This document shows, in pieces, positions 17,960 through 26,715 of a stretch of 37,258 nt of DNA (positions within the stretch are counted from its first letter, which is position 1; every line of letters starts with the position of its first letter). Origin of the DNA: a virus (Duplodnaviria > Caudoviricetes); the IMG/VR virus record IMGVR_UViG_3300033067_000387, positions 1 through 37,258 of that record; one strand, written 5' to 3'. Position numbers and translations under genes: made by a program. A model generated the notes under the pieces. That model ran no database searches and was not told the origin of the DNA. It saw only the letters and a program-made list of their open reading frames with translations.

Positions 17960-18725
17960 ATACTGCGTTCCAATAGGAAAAGTCCTGATTCTTCGGACCT
18001 GCAATTCCGACCTAACCTCGTACGGCGGTTTCCAGTGGCCCAAGTCTGGGAAGGTGGAGTGTCCCGACTGGTCTCCGGAAGCGGAGTGCGGAAACGGCCT
18101 GCATGGGCTTTTGTGGGGACAGGGTGAGAGCAGTCTGTTGGACTGGTCTTGCGATGCGAAGTGGTTGGTGGTTGAGGTTTCTGCCGAGTCCGTGGTGGAC
18201 CTTTCTGGCAAGGTGAAGTTTCCGTCCGGGAAAGTGGTGTACTCCGGAGACAGGCGAGGAGCGACGAGTCTGGTGTACGACCATTCTCCATCCGGCACGG
18301 CGGTCGTTGGCCTGATGAAGGATTGCGGTGACTGGTCGACACTGACTGGCGGTGACTGGTCAACACTGACAGGCGGTAACGGGTCGACACTGACTGGCGG
18401 TGACTGGTCGGTGATGACTGGCGGTTACAGGTCGGTGATGACTGGCGGTTACAAGTCGGTGATGACTGGCGGTTACAAGTCGGTGATGACTGGCGGTAAC
18501 GGGTCGACACTGACTGGCGGTGACTGGTCAACACTGACTGGCGGTAACGGGTCGACGTTGACTGGCGGTGACAAGTCGGTGATGACCTTTCGGCGATGTG
18601 ATGGGGATCGCATACGTCTCGTCACGGTGTATACCGGAGAAAACGGCATTGAGGTCAATCAACCGTATCAACTGAGCAATAGCGGTTCGCCAATCAAAGC
18701 ATCTACGGAGAACGCGAATGAAAAA
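17938..18725 (+). repeat. 19-bp direct repeat GGAGAACGCGAATGAAAAA flanking the INP-like gene
   Basis: Exact copies at 17938-17956 and 18707-18725; each contains the SD and ATG of the following gene. Confidence 0.9.
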
Positions 18726-18731
18726 ACGTGA
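17949..18731 (+). CDS. Ice nucleation protein-like (InaZ-like N-domain, 11 octapeptide repeats, C-terminal cap)
   Basis: LILRTC, WPKSGKVE, NGLHGLLWGQG, AKWLVVEV, VKFP, GDR; GxxSTLTG/GxxSVMTG repeats; FRRCDGDR, TGENGIE, PY. These match the InaZ architecture as recalled. Confidence 0.75.
   Translation: MKNKYCVPIGKVLILRTCNSDLTSYGGFQWPKSGKVECPDWSPEAECGNGLHGLLWGQGESSLLDWSCDAKWLVVEVSAESVVDLSGKVKFPSGKVVYSGDRRGATSLVYDHSPSGTAVVGLMKDCGDWSTLTGGDWSTLTGGNGSTLTGGDWSVMTGGYRSVMTGGYKSVMTGGYKSVMTGGNGSTLTGGDWSTLTGGNGSTLTGGDKSVMTFRRCDGDRIRLVTVYTGENGIEVNQPYQLSNSGSPIKASTENANEKT
18327..18590 (+). repeat. 11 x 24-bp coding tandem repeat
   Basis: Units such as GGTGACTGGTCGACACTGACTGGC and GGTTACAAGTCGGTGATGACTGGC. 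Confidence 0.95.
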
Positions 18732-18927
18732 CGAAGATCGAGCGACGGCGTCCGGTCAACGAGTGGCTGGTATTGCGGTGGCACTGAGAAGATCCAGCGG
18801 ATCGATTGAAGACTACTTTGCCGCATTGAAAGAGGTCTATGAGCTTGGATTTCGTGACGGGTCCGAGATTACCGAAGATGAACTGATTGGCGTATTAAAA
18901 GAGATCCACAACTCCCAGAATAACTGA
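18718..18927 (+). CDS. Hypothetical protein
   Basis: GGAG SD; contiguous with neighbours. Confidence 0.65.
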   Translation: MKKRDEDRATASGQRVAGIAVALRRSSGSIEDYFAALKEVYELGFRDGSEITEDELIGVLKEIHNSQNN

Positions 18928-18937
18928 AAGGAATCAA

Positions 18938-19522
18938 ATGAAAGCGGACTATTGCCTAACTCCGTTTTGCCGGATGAAGAGAAAAACACGCGGCGTCTGC
19001 GGCTCCTGCCACCGCCAGATTCGCAAAAAGGTTAAGGATGGAGGACAGGACGTGGAGCACGCCTTGATCGACCTCGGCATCATGCTGCCGGAACATACGA
19101 CCGGATCTCCTTACGGGGAAGCCGTTTCTCTGGATCTGCTGTACTACACTGGATGGCTTCCATTCTCTGCCAAGAGGAAACTGCGGGGGCAATCGCTCGG
19201 AGAACTGAAACGGCAGCGGGGGAAGGGCAACGGAATACTCTCACTGAGTCTTGACGGATTCCCGCATCGAGCGACCGTCCCGTTCGTCAATAAGACGGAA
19301 TCTGAGCTTCGGAGCATTGCCGCCAATCCGACTCACTGGAGTCCGGGGACCGAGGAACGAAAGATTGTTTACATGCTGCGGCTTTACTTTGGCGTCGCCG
19401 AGCGAGGCATATTCTTCGACGGCGATCATAAGGAAGCGGGAACGGGAACATTGTCGGTTTATCGCCAGTTCGCCATGCCGAAGACGTACCATAGTTTTGA
19501 CAACGGAGGGGAATATGAGTGA
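18938..19522 (+). CDS. Hypothetical protein with N-terminal Cys-rich (Zn-finger-like) motif
   Basis: YCLTPFC-x9-CGSCH, basic, no signal peptide. Confidence 0.6.
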   Translation: MKADYCLTPFCRMKRKTRGVCGSCHRQIRKKVKDGGQDVEHALIDLGIMLPEHTTGSPYGEAVSLDLLYYTGWLPFSAKRKLRGQSLGELKRQRGKGNGILSLSLDGFPHRATVPFVNKTESELRSIAANPTHWSPGTEERKIVYMLRLYFGVAERGIFFDGDHKEAGTGTLSVYRQFAMPKTYHSFDNGGEYE

Positions 19523-20615
19523 GGACGCATTGCAGAACGCATTGGACGCGATTGAGAAACATCGCGTACCCGGAGAATCCGGAAACCTAATTGCCGCCAA
19601 GGTTCGCGGGCTAATGATCGGATACGACGCGAAATGGAGGAACACTCGGCACGATGTCGTAGGTGTCGAGCAGGCTTTTCATCTGCCGGTGATTAACCCT
19701 CAGACGGGGAAACCCTCCCGGACGTTCACGCAATCCGGGAAGTTCGACGGGGTGATTTCGGTTCACGGTCGGAACTACCTTCTCGAACACAAGACGACGA
19801 GCGACGATATCTCCGATCCTGATTCTCCGTACTGGGCGATACTTGATATCGACTCTCAGGTATCGTCGTACGCTCTGGCAAATTGGCAGAGCGGGAGGAA
19901 GCTGGACGGGACTTTGTACGACGTAATTCGCAAGCCGGGAATCGCTCCGAAGAAGCTCGATAAGGCGAGTCAGAAAATGATCGTGGCGAATCGCGAGTAT
20001 TGCGGATGCGAAGTTCCCGCCGATATCGCCTTGGCGGTCGCTCAGGGGCAAGAAAGAGAGTGCTTCAAGTTGTATGAAATCCGTCTGGCGTCGGAGACGA
20101 TGGAAAACCCGGACAAATACTATCAACGTCGAATCATCCCAAGGCTTGACGCGGAGCTAGCGGAATACGCAAGAGAGATGTGGGACGTCGGGCAATCGCT
20201 GATCCATGCCAGAAACAACAACTCCCACTATCGTAATTCGTCAGCGTGCATGAACTACAACACTCCCTGTACCTTTCTGGGAGTCTGCCGAGGTCACGAT
20301 ACGATTGACTCGAACAAGTGGAAAGCGAGAGAAACTCGTCACGCGGAACTTCCGCTTGAATTCTCTGACAACGGACTGAACGTCTTGACTAATTCCCGGA
20401 TCAAGACATTTCAAACATGCCGCAGGAAACACTATTACCATTACGAACTAGGCGTCGAACGTGTTGACGCTGAAGAGAGAGAAGCCTTAGCCTTGGGTTC
20501 ACTAATGCATCACGGGTTAGAGGCTTGGTTCAAAACATTTATGATCGGAGGAACAGATGCCGCCAGCAGTATTACCGACAGCGAAGCCGAAGCAGGAGAT
20601 GACTCCTTCTTCTAA
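19515..20615 (+). CDS. PD-(D/E)XK exonuclease (Cas4/AddB-like), apparently circularly permuted
   Basis: VEQAF, SGKFDG, LLEHKTT, SQVSSY, C-x6-C-x5-C, followed by LTNSRIKTFQTCRRKHYY...LGSLMHHGLE. ATG at 19515 after GGAGG. Confidence 0.88.
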   Translation: MSEDALQNALDAIEKHRVPGESGNLIAAKVRGLMIGYDAKWRNTRHDVVGVEQAFHLPVINPQTGKPSRTFTQSGKFDGVISVHGRNYLLEHKTTSDDISDPDSPYWAILDIDSQVSSYALANWQSGRKLDGTLYDVIRKPGIAPKKLDKASQKMIVANREYCGCEVPADIALAVAQGQERECFKLYEIRLASETMENPDKYYQRRIIPRLDAELAEYAREMWDVGQSLIHARNNNSHYRNSSACMNYNTPCTFLGVCRGHDTIDSNKWKARETRHAELPLEFSDNGLNVLTNSRIKTFQTCRRKHYYHYELGVERVDAEEREALALGSLMHHGLEAWFKTFMIGGTDAASSITDSEAEAGDDSFF

Positions 20616-21423
20616 CAGGAATTTTCTCGCCGATGTCATCAGTGGCGGGCGAGGTCTGCCGTCTCGAACGCTCTTTCATGCTGCCGGGAAGGTTGGCAAG
20701 ACCTCGATGGCGGCACATGCTCCCGGTGCCGTATTCCTGATGTCTCCCGGAGAAACGGGACTGGAAACATTGATCGACGCCGGGCAGATTGGAGATGTCC
20801 CCCATTTCCCGGAGGTGCAGGAATGGAACGACGTGAAGGGGATTATCGAGCAACTGACGACTGGTGAGCATCAATTCAAGTCACTCGTCATTGACACGAT
20901 GAACGGATTGGAATCTCTGCTGATTCAGTCAATGTGTCGCGAACACTACGGGAATGACATGGTGAACTACGCGGCATATGGCAGCGGTGCCAAGGTGACT
21001 GTTCCTGAGTGGCGGCAGTTCCTCTTCTCGCTGGATCGGCTTCGTGACACTCGAAAGATGTCCGTCATATGCCTCTGTCACTCGAAACCGAGACTCGTCA
21101 ATAACGTGAGCGGTCCCGACTATGACAGATGGCAACCTACGTTTACCACTGATGCTATCTGGGACATTACCTACGGTTGGATGGACACTGTGATGTTTGG
21201 CAATTTCCATACAACCGTTAAGGGCGACAATCCAAAGGCTTCCAAGGGGAAAGCAAAAGGCGGGACACAGAGAAGTATCTTCGTCGGGCCGGATTCAGGT
21301 TGGGCCAGTGGCAGTCGATACAATCTCCCGGACGAGATCGACATGGGAGATTCCGGGAAAGAGGCTTGGAATAATTTCGCGGACGCCATGAAGTCCGCAC
21401 GAACCAAAGGAGACGTGAAGTAA
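20557..21423 (+). CDS. AAA_24 / Sak4-like ATPase (single-strand annealing recombinase)
   Basis: AAGKVGKTS, SLVIDT, YGSG, ICLCHS, WMDTVMF, SRYNLP. Confidence 0.88.
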   Translation: MPPAVLPTAKPKQEMTPSSNRNFLADVISGGRGLPSRTLFHAAGKVGKTSMAAHAPGAVFLMSPGETGLETLIDAGQIGDVPHFPEVQEWNDVKGIIEQLTTGEHQFKSLVIDTMNGLESLLIQSMCREHYGNDMVNYAAYGSGAKVTVPEWRQFLFSLDRLRDTRKMSVICLCHSKPRLVNNVSGPDYDRWQPTFTTDAIWDITYGWMDTVMFGNFHTTVKGDNPKASKGKAKGGTQRSIFVGPDSGWASGSRYNLPDEIDMGDSGKEAWNNFADAMKSARTKGDVK

Positions 21424-21983
21424 TGGGAGTCTACTACGCCAAAGGAACGTATAACGTGGAGTGCTTGGAAGCCGCTTTACAAACATCTAGTAAGGGCGAT
21501 CCGATGATTGCCTTGAAGGTGAAAGTATTGGCATCCGTCGCCGAGGACGGATCGTTTGTGCCGGAGGACGAGCAGTACGAGCGACGAATCTATATGGTTA
21601 TCAAGAATGACGAGGAGTCATTAACCGATATCGCCGAACGGCTTCGCGGTGCCGGATGGAACGGGACGAAGTTCGAGGGACTGCCGACAGAGATGGTCGG
21701 TCTCCAGTTCGCTGCCGATTGCTGGCACGCGATGAACAAGGGAAGCGATCCGAAGTACGCCGGCCAGATGCAGGAGAGCTGGGCCTTATGGTCTCCGAAC
21801 CGGAGGGAGTCTAAGCCACTGGAAAATAAGCCTTCCGTGGCAAAGGATCTGAACAATCTTCTCGGGAAGGTACTGAAGAATACCCCCGTCGTTCCGAAGC
21901 CTCAAAACCAAGAACAAAGCCGGAATCATGCCGGACGCGGAGACGATGCCGGTCCTCCACCGAGGGACGAAATCCAGTTCTAA
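21423..21983 (+). CDS. Putative single-stranded DNA-binding protein (DUF669-like)
   Basis: GTYNVEC, SSKGDPMI, acidic/aromatic tail DEIQF; follows the Sak4-like gene. Confidence 0.72.
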   Translation: MGVYYAKGTYNVECLEAALQTSSKGDPMIALKVKVLASVAEDGSFVPEDEQYERRIYMVIKNDEESLTDIAERLRGAGWNGTKFEGLPTEMVGLQFAADCWHAMNKGSDPKYAGQMQESWALWSPNRRESKPLENKPSVAKDLNNLLGKVLKNTPVVPKPQNQEQSRNHAGRGDDAGPPPRDEIQF

Positions 21984-22004
21984 GGGCGATTAGCCCGCCG
22001 CCGG

Positions 22005-22041
22005 TCCCCGGCTGATCGTCCACGCGACAGCCGGGGATTTT
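22005..22041 (+). terminator. Probable intrinsic terminator
   Basis: TCCCCGGCTG / CAGCCGGGGA stem followed by TTTT. Confidence 0.6.
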
Positions 22042-22047
22042 GAATCA

Positions 22048-22128
22048 CGTCTAGTCCTGTTCTGGCCAGTCGATGCATGGCGTGAGCCAGGTCAGGTCGG
22101 GTCGGGCGAGGGACGGCAAGGCAAGGGT
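22048..22128 (+). repeat. Degenerate pentanucleotide tandem array, intergenic
   Basis: AGGTC AGGTC GGGTC GGGCG AGGGA CGGCA AGGCA AGGGT, with weaker units upstream. Confidence 0.6.
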
Positions 22129-22171
22129 GCCAACGGCACGAAGATAAATTATCACAAATAGGACTGAGACG

Positions 22172-23053
22172 ATGGCGGAAATGCCTTGGTTTAAGTTTTA
22201 CCCGAGCGACTGGCTCGGAACCGGACTTTTGAGGCTGGCTCCGCACGCTGTCAAAGGGTTTTACATCGACCTGCTCTGCATCATGTTCGATTGTGAAAGT
22301 CGCGGGCGACTGGAAGCCGGGGGGGTGCCGCTGACTGAGGAAGAGATTGCCGGATCGATCAACGGCAACCCCACTGAGAACCTGTCTCACCTTCGATGGC
22401 TGGTCGCAAAAGGGGTGCTATCGAAGGACGGCCAAGGGGTCATTTACTCACGCCGAATGGTGAAAGATGAGTCTCGTCGAAAAGTTGGATCGGAAGCCGG
22501 AAAGAGGGGCGGCGGAAACCCCTATCTTGCCAAAGACAATACAGATTCACAGACCTTTAAAGGTAAATCCAAAGGTCATCGCGAAAAACCTATAAACTTA
22601 GAAGCCAGAGACCAGAAGCTAGATACTAGATACCAAATACCAGATACCAGAATCCAGAATCCAGAAGATACCCCCAAACCCCCGCGGGGGGATTTCGCCG
22701 ACGAGGTGCGGGAGGTGTTCGACCACTACCGGACCCATCACGCCAAAAGTCATCCCAAACCCGCCAGCTCGTCCAAGGAATGGCGAGCGATTGTCGGGCG
22801 ACTCTCGGAGGGGTATTCCGTTCAAGACCTCAGGGACGCAATCGATGGTTGCCACAAAACCCCTTGGAACTGCGGGGAGAATCCGGGCGGCAAGATTTAC
22901 CAATCGCTGCTGTTGATCGTGCGTGATTCTTCGCAGGTCAGCCGGTTCATGGAGTTCGCACGAGCTGGACCTTCCCCGGTGCTGTCGGAGAAGACTCAGC
23001 GAACTGGAAGGGCGGCTCAACAGTATCTCGAAATGAAGGGATTTAAATCATGA
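22172..23053 (+). CDS. Replication initiator (YdaU/DUF1376-like N-terminus)
   Basis: PWFKFYPSDWL, GFYIDLLC, IYSRRM, low-complexity linker, C-domain EVFDHY...GYSVQDLRDAIDG. Confidence 0.8.
   Translation: MAEMPWFKFYPSDWLGTGLLRLAPHAVKGFYIDLLCIMFDCESRGRLEAGGVPLTEEEIAGSINGNPTENLSHLRWLVAKGVLSKDGQGVIYSRRMVKDESRRKVGSEAGKRGGGNPYLAKDNTDSQTFKGKSKGHREKPINLEARDQKLDTRYQIPDTRIQNPEDTPKPPRGDFADEVREVFDHYRTHHAKSHPKPASSSKEWRAIVGRLSEGYSVQDLRDAIDGCHKTPWNCGENPGGKIYQSLLLIVRDSSQVSRFMEFARAGPSPVLSEKTQRTGRAAQQYLEMKGFKS
22553..22669. repeat. Candidate replication origin inside the initiator gene
   Basis: Palindrome ACCTTTAAAGGT (22553-22564) and ten 7-bp units of AGATACC/AGAATCC type (22600-22669). Confidence 0.55.
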
Positions 23054-23592
23054 GTTGGATGGATGACTCCGCACAAGCGGAACGATTTACAGTCATGATT
23101 CAGGCGTTGGCGGCGAATTTTCGAGTCGAAGCCGATACGCCGATGTTCATGGGTTACGAGATGGCACTGGGCGACCTTTCGATTGAGGAAATCACGGAAG
23201 CCGTGAAGACTGCCTGCCGGGAATGCCAGTTCATACCAAGCGGTGCCGAGTTGCGGAAGATGGCGGCTGGTGACTCGGGGAGCAGCTGGGCGTCGGCGAT
23301 GTTGCAGGTTTCCAAGGCGGCGAAGATTGCGTTCTACCAGCCGGAAAAGGCTCGCTCCCTGATGGACGAGCGAACACTTGCGGCGGTGAACGCCATCGGT
23401 TGGGACCGACTCCACGATCTTGACGGAGAAAATCGCGGAACTTTTACCGCTCAGTTCAAAAACGCCTACGATGCACTAGAACGCGACGAAGCGAAAATCC
23501 GACTGCGGACAGGGATAGAGGTGTCAAAACGCGATACGAACGAAGCTAGGGCCATTAGCGTGCTTGCTGGACGGTTGGGGGTGCCGCAATGA
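23050..23592 (+). CDS. Putative helicase loader/inhibitor (lambda P / G39P-like position)
   Basis: Follows the initiator; CQFIPSGAELRK and AVNAIGW pattern. Confidence 0.6.
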   Translation: MSWMDDSAQAERFTVMIQALAANFRVEADTPMFMGYEMALGDLSIEEITEAVKTACRECQFIPSGAELRKMAAGDSGSSWASAMLQVSKAAKIAFYQPEKARSLMDERTLAAVNAIGWDRLHDLDGENRGTFTAQFKNAYDALERDEAKIRLRTGIEVSKRDTNEARAISVLAGRLGVPQ

Positions 23593-23870
23593 GTCTCCCG
23601 TACGGATGTCAGCAATGCCGCGGGTCTGGGATGGTTGAGATCCTGAATCGGCCAATGGGTGTATATCGAACCCCGATGGGGAACGAAATCAAGACCCCGG
23701 AAGTCACGATCCTTTGCGACTGTCAGAGAGGACGAGCGATGCAGGATCGACAAGGCGGAGAGGATCGAACATCCGGCAAGATGCCGATATTCGATCCGAT
23801 GACGATGGAACTGGCGGATATTCGGAGCGAGAAGCCGTCGAATGTTTCGCAGAACTGGGAGTCGTTCTGA
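23589..23870 (+). CDS. Hypothetical Zn-finger protein
   Basis: CQQCRGSG and CDCQRG. Confidence 0.65.
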   Translation: MSLPYGCQQCRGSGMVEILNRPMGVYRTPMGNEIKTPEVTILCDCQRGRAMQDRQGGEDRTSGKMPIFDPMTMELADIRSEKPSNVSQNWESF

Positions 23871-24008
23871 AACACGGAAGGCCAGCGGGCAAGGATGCCC
23901 AATTCTTAAAACCCACCAAGTCTCCGGAGAGTGAGCCGTACAAACGGTCAACACCTCGCGAGAATGGAATCACTCCGGGGACTTGGTTTTTATGTGAGGA
24001 GGAGTGAG

Positions 24009-25385
24009 GTGGTACTGAGTGCGTATTCTTCTTTCATTGAGTCGAAATGCCATACCGGGAGCATGGGTGGATTTGATCCGCTTTTCATTCCGGATGAAGC
24101 ATTTGATTTTCAAAAGTTTCTTCTTGATTGGTCAATCCGCAAAGGTCGCTCGGCAATTTTCGCGGACTGCGGATTAGGAAAGTCCTTAATGGAGCTGGCG
24201 TGGTGCGAGAACATTGTCAGGAAGACAAATCGTCCGGCTCTTATCGTGACTCCGCTATCCGTGGCACAGCAGTTTATTACCGAGTCTGAAAAATTCGGTA
24301 TTGATTGCCGGCGATCTATGGATGGGAGAATTAGTGGTCCGGCAGTATATGTCACTAATTACGAAAGGCTACATCATTTCAATCCATCTGATTTTCAGGC
24401 CGTCGCGTGCGATGAATCAAGTGCGATTAAAAACTTTGAGGGAAAGCGTCGAGAGATCGTAACGGAGTTTATGCGGATGCGTCCGTATCGACTCCTCGGA
24501 ACGGCAACAGCCGCCCCCAATGACTACCATGAATTGGGCACAAGCTCCGAAGCAATCGGGGAACTTGGACGAATGGACATGATGGGGAGATTTTTTCGCA
24601 ACGTCGAAAATTCACTTAATCCAATGTCCATTAAATCGAAGTGGAGTTTCAAGCCTCACGCGGAGCCTCACTTCTGGAGATGGGTTTGCTCGTGGGCAAG
24701 AGCATGTCGCAAGCCATCCGACTTGGGATTCAGTGATGAAAAATTTGTGCTACCAGAGCTAATGGTGAATGAGCATGTGGTCAAAGCTAGTCGCCCCGCT
24801 CCCGGACGGTTGTTTGATGTCAATGCTGTTTCATTGGACGAGGTCCGAGAAGAACAAAGGCGAACTATTCCAGAGCGATGCGAGAAGGCGGCAAGCCTCA
24901 TAAACGGAACCGGGAAACCTGCAATAGCTTGGTGATACCTTAATGACGAGGCGGATCGACTGGAGAAGTTGATTCCAGATGCCGCTCAAGTAAGCGGATC
25001 GGATAGCGATGAAAAAAAGGAGGAGTGTTTTCATCAGTTCTCTCAGGGGAAAATCCGGGTTCTGGTAACGAAGCCGAAGATTGCCGGTTTTGGACTGAAC
25101 TGGCAGCACTGCGACCACATGACGTTTTTTCCATCACACTCGTTTGAGCAGTATTACCAGTCGGTTCGTCGGTGCTGGAGGTTTGGCCAGAGAAGCAACG
25201 TAACGGTCGATTTGATTACGACTGATGGCGGGGCTGGAGTGAAAGCGAACATGCAACGCAAGTCGGAAGCCGCTGACAGGATGTTCGCGAGCCTTGTCGA
25301 AATGATGTCAAATGAATTGAAGATTAACAGAACTGAAAAATTTAGAGCATCTGCGGAATGTCCGTCATGGCTCGCATCCAACTAG
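24009..25385 (+). CDS. SF2 (SNF2-like) helicase interrupted by one in-frame TGA at 24933-24935 (recoded, pseudogene or sequence error)
   Basis: DCGLGKS, TNYERL, CDESS, TATAAPND before the stop. The same frame continues YLNDEAD, VLVTKPKIAGFGLNWQHC, YYQSVRRCWRFGQ. Confidence 0.85.
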
Positions 25386-25393
25386 GAGTGGAA

Positions 25394-26398
25394 ATGAATA
25401 TCAACGATCAGGAAATTACAGACAAGTATGCAATTTACAACGGAGACTGCATCGAGGTAATGCAGGAACTTCCAGACGAGTCAATTCATATGTCGATTTA
25501 CTCTCCGCCGTTCTGCGGTCTGTATCACTACAGCAGCAGCGAGAGGGATCTTTCTAATTGCCGAAACTACGACGAGTTTTTCGAGCATTACGAATATGTT
25601 GTCAGGGAGATTTACCGACTCACTCCTCCGGGAAGGATTTCGGCGGTTCACTGCATGGACGTTCCAAGGGCCGGTGCAAATCTCGGAGGAGGATTGATGG
25701 ACTTTCCGGGAGACATCATCCGAATGCATGAGCGGATCGGATTCAAATACTGTGCTCGATATCATGTGTGGAAAGAACCTCTCGGCGTTCGTAATCGCAC
25801 AATGGCGAAGGGTCTGGCTCATCGCACGATTGTCGAGGATGCGACCTTGTGCGATGTTGCGAGTGCCGACTACCTTCTGATGTTCAGAAAAAAGGGAGAG
25901 AATCAGGTTCCAGTGGAACATTCTGAGGGACTGTTGAATTACGCCGGAGAACGGGAAATCCCAAAGGATCTTCTTAGGTTCCGGGGATGGAAGGGGAAGC
26001 AAACCGGTAATCGATATTCTCACTGGATCTGGCGTCAGTATGCATCGGCATTCTGGGATGACATTCGGATCGGTCGCGTATTGCCCTATCGTGAATGCCG
26101 AGAACCTGATGACGAGAAGCATGTGCATCCCCTGCAATTAGACGTCATTGATCGTGCAGTGATTCTCTGGTCGAATCCCGGAGAGATCGTGCTGACTCCA
26201 TTTATGGGAGTTGGAAGCGAGGTCTACGGTGCCGTATCGAATGGACGGAGGGGAATTGGGATTGAACTGAAGTCGGCTTACTTCCGACAGGCAAAAAAGA
26301 ATCTGGAAATCGCCGCCGACAATCTGGAATCGAAAGAGTTGACTCTTGCGTTTCCTGATGACTCTGGCGATGTTTCCGAGATGTCTGGATTAGAGTGA
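25394..26398 (+). CDS. DNA methyltransferase, N4-C/N6-A family (beta class)
   Basis: IYNGDCIEVM, YSPPF, HVHPLQLDVI, VLTPFMGVGSE, GIELK. Confidence 0.95.
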   Translation: MNINDQEITDKYAIYNGDCIEVMQELPDESIHMSIYSPPFCGLYHYSSSERDLSNCRNYDEFFEHYEYVVREIYRLTPPGRISAVHCMDVPRAGANLGGGLMDFPGDIIRMHERIGFKYCARYHVWKEPLGVRNRTMAKGLAHRTIVEDATLCDVASADYLLMFRKKGENQVPVEHSEGLLNYAGEREIPKDLLRFRGWKGKQTGNRYSHWIWRQYASAFWDDIRIGRVLPYRECREPDDEKHVHPLQLDVIDRAVILWSNPGEIVLTPFMGVGSEVYGAVSNGRRGIGIELKSAYFRQAKKNLEIAADNLESKELTLAFPDDSGDVSEMSGLE

Positions 26399-26433
26399 TC
26401 ATTACCGTTTTACAGATGTAAGGAGTATTTCCA

Positions 26434-26715
26434 ATGGCGAAGAAAACGGCAGCGAAGAAAAAGATTCCAGATTGCACCTCGGTCGGCAGCAGCGGGACGT
26501 ATCACGGAAACATGATGCACCCGGAACAGTTCTATCAATTGATCTCGGCAATCGAGGGGATCAAGATCGATCCGAGTCGGGTGTCGCTGGCGTTCCCTGA
26601 TGAATTCTGGCTGAAGTTCTGGGCCGGGTGTTTTGCGGCTGCCGGGAATATGTCCCCGGACATCGCCTTGCGGTGTGCCGCTGATCTGGCCGTGAAATTC
26701 CGGGAGGGGAAATGA
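26434..26715 (+). CDS. Hypothetical protein
   Basis: SD AAGGAG; ATGA coupling to the next gene. Confidence 0.65.
   Translation: MAKKTAAKKKIPDCTSVGSSGTYHGNMMHPEQFYQLISAIEGIKIDPSRVSLAFPDEFWLKFWAGCFAAAGNMSPDIALRCAADLAVKFREGK

Noticed and set aside
17575-18534. 319-aa minus-strand ORF with repeats
   Set aside because: It is the reverse reading of the 24-bp repeat in the INP-like gene.
18327-18590. 24-bp repeat array as a possible CRISPR or DGR
   Set aside because: No spacers; the units are in-frame coding repeats; no cas operon or reverse transcriptase in the window.
18938-19522. CGSCH as a third heme c motif
   Set aside because: No signal peptide, and two upstream Cys make a Zn-finger more plausible.
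19515-20615. Nuclease as a CRISPR-associated Cas4
   Set aside because: No cas1/cas2 or array; its context is the phage nuclease-Sak4-SSB recombination module.
24933-24935. Genome-wide TGA reassignment
   Set aside because: Many genes end at TGA with tight ATGA/TGATG coupling, so TGA is a normal stop.
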